This document shows, one piece after another, positions 56,604-64,000 of a stretch of 64,000 bases of DNA; position 1 is the first letter of the stretch, and each line of letters opens with the position of its first letter. The notes beneath the pieces are model-generated. The model was not told the DNA's origin and searched no databases. It was given only the letters and a program-made list of their open reading frames with translations. The position numbers and the translations under genes were made by a program. The DNA is from the human T2T-CHM13v2.0 reference genome, Homo sapiens: NCBI RefSeq assembly GCF_009914755.1, contig NC_060934.1. One strand, 5' to 3'.

Positions 56604-57864
56604 TAACTTTCTGATTATGTATATGAATCTCTGGATAACTCAACTGACCGAAGACAAATTAAGGGTGGCCGATGGTGCAGGAATTTGGTTAGAAGAGGAG
56701 GAGAACCTTGCCAAATCTCTTAACGAAGAGACATATGATAACCTATTTTTATAAAGAGTGATTCACCCTTGGGTGATACCTGTAAAGAAATTGTAGAAAG
56801 AGGAAGAAGCAAGCATAGCAAGGCATGGGAGGTGCTTACAAACATACCCTCTGGATTCAGAATTCTTAGCTCGTTTATTATACTTGTCTCATGTTTTCTC
56901 ATCCGTAAAATGCATAATTATAGAATATTTCTCATAAATCTGAGGAGATTTAATAAAGCAGATCAAACCAAATGCTTAGAACAGATGCCAGTGGCTAGCA
57001 AAGTCTTCATCAATGTCAATTACTATCACCACCACCATCGTTATGATCATATTTGTCACCAAACAGCAGAATGACTTTAAGCCAGTAATTCCCTATGTCT
57101 GGGCCATAATTTTCTATCTATAAAATGATGGGCTGGACCAGATAAGGCCAAGATTTAAGGTTTTCTTCATGATTCTAATGACATCACCAACATGCATAAC
57201 CAAGAGGACATCTGTTGGGCTAATAGGTCAGTGCCCATTAGTGCAACCTGTGACATCCAAGAGGGAGAGAAAGGAAAAAAAAATCCAGTGAAAATAAATG
57301 AGAATCAGTTAAGTAGGATAGTTTCAGTGCATGGGCCCTGAGTCTAGATGGGTTGGGTTGCAAACCCAGCTGCACCACTTGCTAGCTGGGGCAAGTTATT
57401 CATCACTCTGAAAAAAATGGGGATCATAATATCACCTGCTTTACACTAGGGTTGTTATGAAGAATAAATGCATTCCCAGCACACAGAAAGGAGATGGAGA
57501 AGGGAAGAGAGGCAGACTTTGCCGCACTCTATACACAGCCACTGTTTGGCCACCTCGTACCTTGCTAATGGGACATTGGTAGGAAAATCACAGCCCTGGT
57601 TTATTTCTTATTATCTGGGCTGATCAAGCCTTTCAGGAGGAAGGGAGAGAGAAGAAATTATAAAATCTAACACCCAGCCATGAAAGGAATAGTGTCCTTA
57701 AGGCCTTTTGATCCTTAGATGTGTTCAAAGTTGCTTACAAATTATTTTCTGATTTTGAAGGTCAAGTTGGCAAGATGAGCATTAACAGAACCTGACTCCT
57801 CACAGGAAAATCCAGCCCCAAATTATCTCATCAAAATCAACTGATAAGGGAACTGGGCAATTGA

Positions 57865-58207
<343 letters not shown>

Positions 58208-59103
58208 TCTCTTGCTCTCTTTCTCATCCTCCTTCCTTCCTCCCTCCTTCTGCCTCCTCCTCTCTCTGCACAGCATTTCCTTCTCCTATCTAATTTCCAC
58301 TTCTTATATTTCAAAAGCTAATTTTTCAGGATTCATATGTACCATTTCCATATTAATAATAAACATTTTTTCCATGTACTAGTAACACTTAGTGCATATC
58401 CATATGACTATCTTTCTATGCAGAAAAAGATTTACCAAAATGAAATCAATCCATCAAGTATTTTTTTTATTTCCAGTTTTCAATCAATGACTCCATCTTT
58501 TCATTTCAGTACACATTCATTCCATCTAATCCTGTGACCATATTCAATTTCCCCAACTGATCACAAAATTAGCCATTTGTTCAAATATCCCGTCTATGGC
58601 TATGTACGACATCTAATTGTTATGACCCTTCCATCACTCTCAATCTAGCAGATAATTTTTTTTATGATACAGATTTGTGGAAGAGGTTTTTAAAGTATTT
58701 AGACAATGGCAGATTTCCCTTATTAGTCAAGAATTTTAAAGTTGAACTTAAAAAAAAGAGATTCAACATTAGCTATTTTATTTTGTAACTGGTATTCAAA
58801 TATTACTAACAATCTAAGTGAAATGAGTTAGCCTTACACATCCTAAAATCCACTTTACACTATGAGTGAGTGAATAGTCACTCTACCTCTAAGAAAACCC
58901 TTTCTGGATCCCGTGACGCTGTTTTACCAGTGATTCAAATTTCCCTACAGGAGAAGATGAGACTCGCCTCAGCTCTTTCTCAACTACTGCCCTCCGTTCT
59001 CCAGGTAAAAGTCACAGCTGGGGGATGGTCTCTGGCATCATGGCACAAGAGAACCTCCTCTGAGCATGAAGACAGCAGTAGATCCACTGAGATGGGCACT
59101 CAC

Positions 59104-59227
59104 CATATACTGCGATGGTCTTTGTGTCTTGTAGGATGGCATTCCCAGCTGAGACCTGCACTGTGATGGTATTCATTCCTTCTGAAGTAAATCTGAAGGA
59201 TATGCTTCCCTCCAAGGTGATCAAAGG
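59104..59227 (-). CDS. SORCS1: SORCS1 coding exon (~exon 21), 124 nt, PLITLEGSISFRFTSEGMNTITVQVSAGNAILQDTKTIAVY
   Basis: Acceptor TTTTAG|CCTTTG, donor TATG|GTGAGT; phase 0 to 1. Confidence 0.96.
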
Positions 59228-61382
59228 CTAAAATAAACAAGGGCCCAGAGTGAAGGGAAAGCTCTTTAGTTACAGGTGACACAGCCACTAACTGTGAGCC
59301 AACAATAGGCTGTCTAACCCAGCAGAGGCTCTTCCTGATGTACCACAATGGCACTGAGTCCCTCTATGCCTCCCTATCATCTCAAGCCCAAAGCAGAAAA
59401 GAGGCTATTGGAGCAATGACTCCAAGCAAGTCTGCCTATTCATTGTGAATTCCTGATATCATCCTGATTCAGGGCTGGGGAGATGGATAGGTCTTGCTTG
59501 CTGGTGGAATGTATGTCTCTCTTTATGCATGACCTACTCATATCAAGCAGATCCCTAATACAAGGAAATGATCAAAGCAAATGAGAACGGGGGCTCATAT
59601 TAATCCAGATGGAAGCAGCAGTCACTGAAAATCTATAAGCTGCCATGTGTTCATCTCCAGGGTGTACGATTTCTGTAGAATTACAATGGAACATGAATCC
59701 GGTACACCAAAACCATACACTAGTTAAACAGCAGTGGCCTTGTGTGCTGGCCCCCTTTGAGAAGCCTCATCAGCAGTTTCCTGGAAGTAGCTGCTGTGGA
59801 AACAAGCACTAATTGGATAGTGGTTTGAGGATTCAAAACAGAAAAAAAAGAAAAAAAAATTTGGCGTGGTGCCTGCAATACAATCGACTGCTAGGGTCCT
59901 AGAGGAAAAAATATTAGCCTACTGACCTCCCTTGACACACTCCTCACAAACATTTATTTCCCATCTTTTCTTAATTAATTTAAAAATCAAAATTCATTTA
60001 ATTCCCTGTATGGCAGAAAGAAGACTAACGCCCAGCATGAGAAGCCTTTTCAATGGGGTCTCTTGAGAATCTGGTTTTCTTTTAAAAGGAAAAATAAAAA
60101 AAATAAAAAACAATAGGGGGTACAAAAGGAAGTTGTTCAGTACATTCACCTTTTAGTACTAGTTTTCAGGGAAATGACATAAATTCCTGCTCTTCCGCTA
60201 TGGATAGAGGGCCCACTATGGGCTGAGTTCACACACATAGTTTCAGGTGAAATTAAAAAGGGTCTCTTTTCAGTTTAGTTATGGTTGCAGTAGAGGTGAG
60301 AGGTTCTTTCCACTGTTTAGGTTTGTCCTGGGCCTGTGCAAAATTATATCTCCAGCTAAAGCCAAGTTTCAGCTCCAGAGCAGAAAAATGTTTTTATTAA
60401 AATAAGAGACATCGTATTTGAAGAGCAAAGTCACCAAGTGAAAGCAGCTCTGATGGAAGAAGATGGAGGGTTTCAGTCCAGAGCAGTTCATCCCAGTGTC
60501 CTTTGGGGCCTCAGCTCTATTGCCTAACTTACATTTGGAAGCACTTTAATTTCTGAGAATGGAATGAGTTCAAAACTGAAATAGACCATGCAGCCTGGTG
60601 TAGAGGAAAGAAAAATTAGTGGAGGCATCAGAAGGCCTTAAATTTGGCCTCTTATGAAGCAGCTGGAAGAGATCAAAGCAAACCACTCCAGCTGCACCAC
60701 CCTCACTTTTCTCATGTGCAAAATGAAAGACTTAGAGTAAACAAGGTGTTAGGTCTCTACTAGATTTAAAATTGCCACTGACTTTTGAGCATAGGGAATA
60801 TTTGGAAAAACATATAAAAGTTAAAGCTGACCTAAATAAATAAGAGTTTTGATTTAGGGTAAGAAGGCCATTGGGGGTGGGTTGTAATGGAAATCTATTG
60901 CTTGCGCCTGTCCAGTTGCATCCAGTTGCTTCGTTTTCTTTTGGTAATCACTTCTCCCCTTCTGTAGTTCACGTGGTTCCGAGGAGACTGACTTCTTCAC
61001 CTCCCTCTCTACCCCCAGCACTGTGATCAAGGCCTGGCCAGTAAGACTCAATTTCAGGACTGTTGTTAGAACTTTCAGGAAATAGAGTTTAATTTCTCTG
61101 CTAAGCTAGGGCTGCTAAGAGTCACTACAAAGACAAGTACAGCTGGAGAAAAACGTAAACATAGAGGAAGGCAGAGATGAAATGCAGAAGGTGGAGAGGG
61201 GCCAGAGAGAGAGAGAGAGAGAACATAATGATGAGATACTTGAGCACCAAGGGAGCTTGTTGTCCTTGAAGCTACAACTGCTTCTACACTCTAGGGTTCA
61301 TAAGCCATTTCATTCCCTCCTTTGCTTCAGGCAGCGTGAATTGAGCTTCTGTCCCTAGATCGCATGTGGAAGGTGAACCCAC

Positions 61383-61516
61383 CTCCGTGTTGTTTCCGTA
61401 CCACCACACGTAAGTGAGGGTGCCCACTTGGCTGGGCCACAGCACTGCCGTCGCATTGACCTCTTTGTTCTTTGTGGTGACAAAGGGAAGAGACAGGTGC
61501 ACGTGCTCCAAGGGAC
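61383..61516 (-). CDS. SORCS1: SORCS1 coding exon (~exon 20), 134 nt, (C)PLEHVHLSLPFVTTKNKEVNATAVLWPSQVGTLTYVWWYGNNTE; PKD-like domain
   Basis: Acceptor CTCAG|GTCCC, donor GAG|GTGGGT; 2+132 nt; N-glycosylation sequons NAT and NNT. Confidence 0.96.
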
Positions 61517-62967
61517 CTGAGGCACAAGAGAAAGAGAGGCCATGGATGGGGAAGAGCTTCCTCTGCTCTGTCCTCCCTGCTCTGAAGAGATCACACATTT
61601 ACTCTTGAAGCCCCCAAAACCTGGCTGCCATATTCCCCAAAAGAAGTGTTCAGATGCTTTCCCCACTTTGGAGAAAGAATACATTGAGCACAATTGCATC
61701 TTGACATTTTGCACTTACCAATCTTTCTACCAGTTCTAACACCTGAGTTAGGTGTGTGTAAAAGTTAAAAAAAAATTACAGGTAACTTATGAAGTCCTTA
61801 AGAACAGGCATCATTTGGGATTTCACAAGGCAATGCAGTCTTTCCAAGAGGTTGTATCCCTGGTGGTGAACCAGAGTCATGAAGACCTCATAGAATCCAT
61901 ATTGATGAAGGGTGAATGGACAAATCTTCAAACCACTCTCTATGTCATTACCCTTTATTATTTATTGGGTTTTAAAGGTCTGTGTATGTGTGAATGTGTT
62001 CGTGCATGTGTCTGCAAAGCTGTCTAGTTAGGTAAGCATGGCACACACACTGTGTTTGGGGTTGAATTAAGTTAATTCAGGACAGAGGTGTGTGTGTAAG
62101 TAGATAGAGAGCTCTGTGGTTCTCAGAAGATGCTCACCTAAAATATAGAATGATTTTATCTACAGAGGCCTATAAAAACTGGAAACCTTAATTAGATGTA
62201 CCAACCTCACAAAGATATGAATGCCCTCTTCATAAAGAACCACTAGGACCTTTCCTTCAACCCTCAATCTTCTCTTTGAGTCACTGTTTCCAGGCAAAAT
62301 GCAGCTTCCTATGCATTTGCCATCCCCATCTTTGTCCCATGAGGTAGAGGAGAGAGCAATACCTTGGGTCTATTCACCTGGTTTATTACCTCCTCTTCTG
62401 CTTGCCCTGTAAATGTGTTTCCCAGAGTCCTGTGTTGAGACTTTTTCACTCTCTACAGACTTTTCTACTAGGCAACACCATCCACACCTTAACCTTCAAA
62501 TATCAAATGCATGTGAAGGGCTCTAACACCCCTTTCTGGGCTCTAGACTCCTTCTGGGGGGGTCTAGACTTCTTTGCCTCCAGCAATCAAATGTTCTCAA
62601 GGACCCTGTTATTTCCCTCTCCTGTATTCTCTACAGTTTGGTGATTAACACTCATATTCATCCAGGAGCCCACTCCAGAAACAGAAAGTCAATTTCAATT
62701 TCTTTTTTGTTATTCACATCCATTTAGGAAACTGACGATTTGGTTTCATAAATCTCTCTAAGATATTTAGCTCACCCTCCCTAATCTGGCGCCCTGGTTC
62801 ATACTCTAAGCACGTTCTCACTTATCTTCCAGATTTTCCTGCCTGTAACCTTTCACCACCCGAATCCATCCTCCAAATGGCTGCAACAGTAATTTTTCTA
62901 GAAAGCGAAGCTGATCATGTTACTCATACTTGTTCAAAATTAAGATTCCCGTGATTGGGAATGTGAT

Positions 62968-63486
<519 letters not shown>

Positions 63487-64000
63487 CTACTCCCTCTTTA
63501 GAGAATGAAAAGTCTGGTGATCAGCATACAGAATCAAACTGATCTTCTGGCCTATAAAGCATATGTTGAGAAGCAGTTGATTATAAGCCAGAGCAGTTCA
63601 ATGAAATAATAAAAGGGTAACATTTACTGAGCGATGACTACAACTAAATGTTCTGCTAACGACTCTGTTTTTCTTATTTTATCCTCACAAAACAATCTTA
63701 TGAAGTAGGCACTAATATCCTCCCCGTTTAGAGATGAACAAAGTAACGTGACTTTCCCCAGGTCATACAGCTAGGAAAGCAGTTTGGTTTCAGAGCCCTT
63801 GTTCTGAGCAGATGGAAGTGTTTGAAAGAACCTTTCCAGTCAAACAAAATAGCTATTAAGAGTTGCTGCCTCCTCATCAGGTAAATATGTCCCAGGCATT
63901 GGAAAATGCACTTTCCACCTGGTTTCATTTATTGCACAAGTCTTGCCATTTCCCTATCAAATGGTTTGTTCCAGCAAGCCATGTCCTGGTCCACCCCAGG

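Overview
Human/hominid genomic DNA (Alu-rich, no prokaryotic features). The - strand carries the 3' end of SORCS1 (VPS10P-domain receptor; 10q25.1 from recall). I located six coding exons with exact GT-AG boundaries and consistent phases (61383-61516, 59104-59227, 52875-52987, 48126-48257, 38335-38434, TM exon 20353-20458). These are followed by a compact cassette (18205-20352) encoding several alternative cytoplasmic tails and a ~3.7 kb 3'UTR ending near 14650. Positions 1-14600 are downstream intergenic sequence. The rest is intron filled with about 20 Alus, MaLR/ERV LTRs, DNA-transposon fossils and microsatellites. Almost all short ORFs in the track are spurious. I found no convincing wholly new biological system. 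The most interesting observations are: an ERV LTR fragment apparently copied by L1 machinery (15-bp TSD, A-tail, three octamers, G4 block) just upstream of an exon; the multi-frame tail cassette with a terminal Grb2/PDZ-type YVNV motif and possible TM-less isoforms; and two intronic hairpins. Repeat subfamily names and exon numbers are from recall, not a database search.
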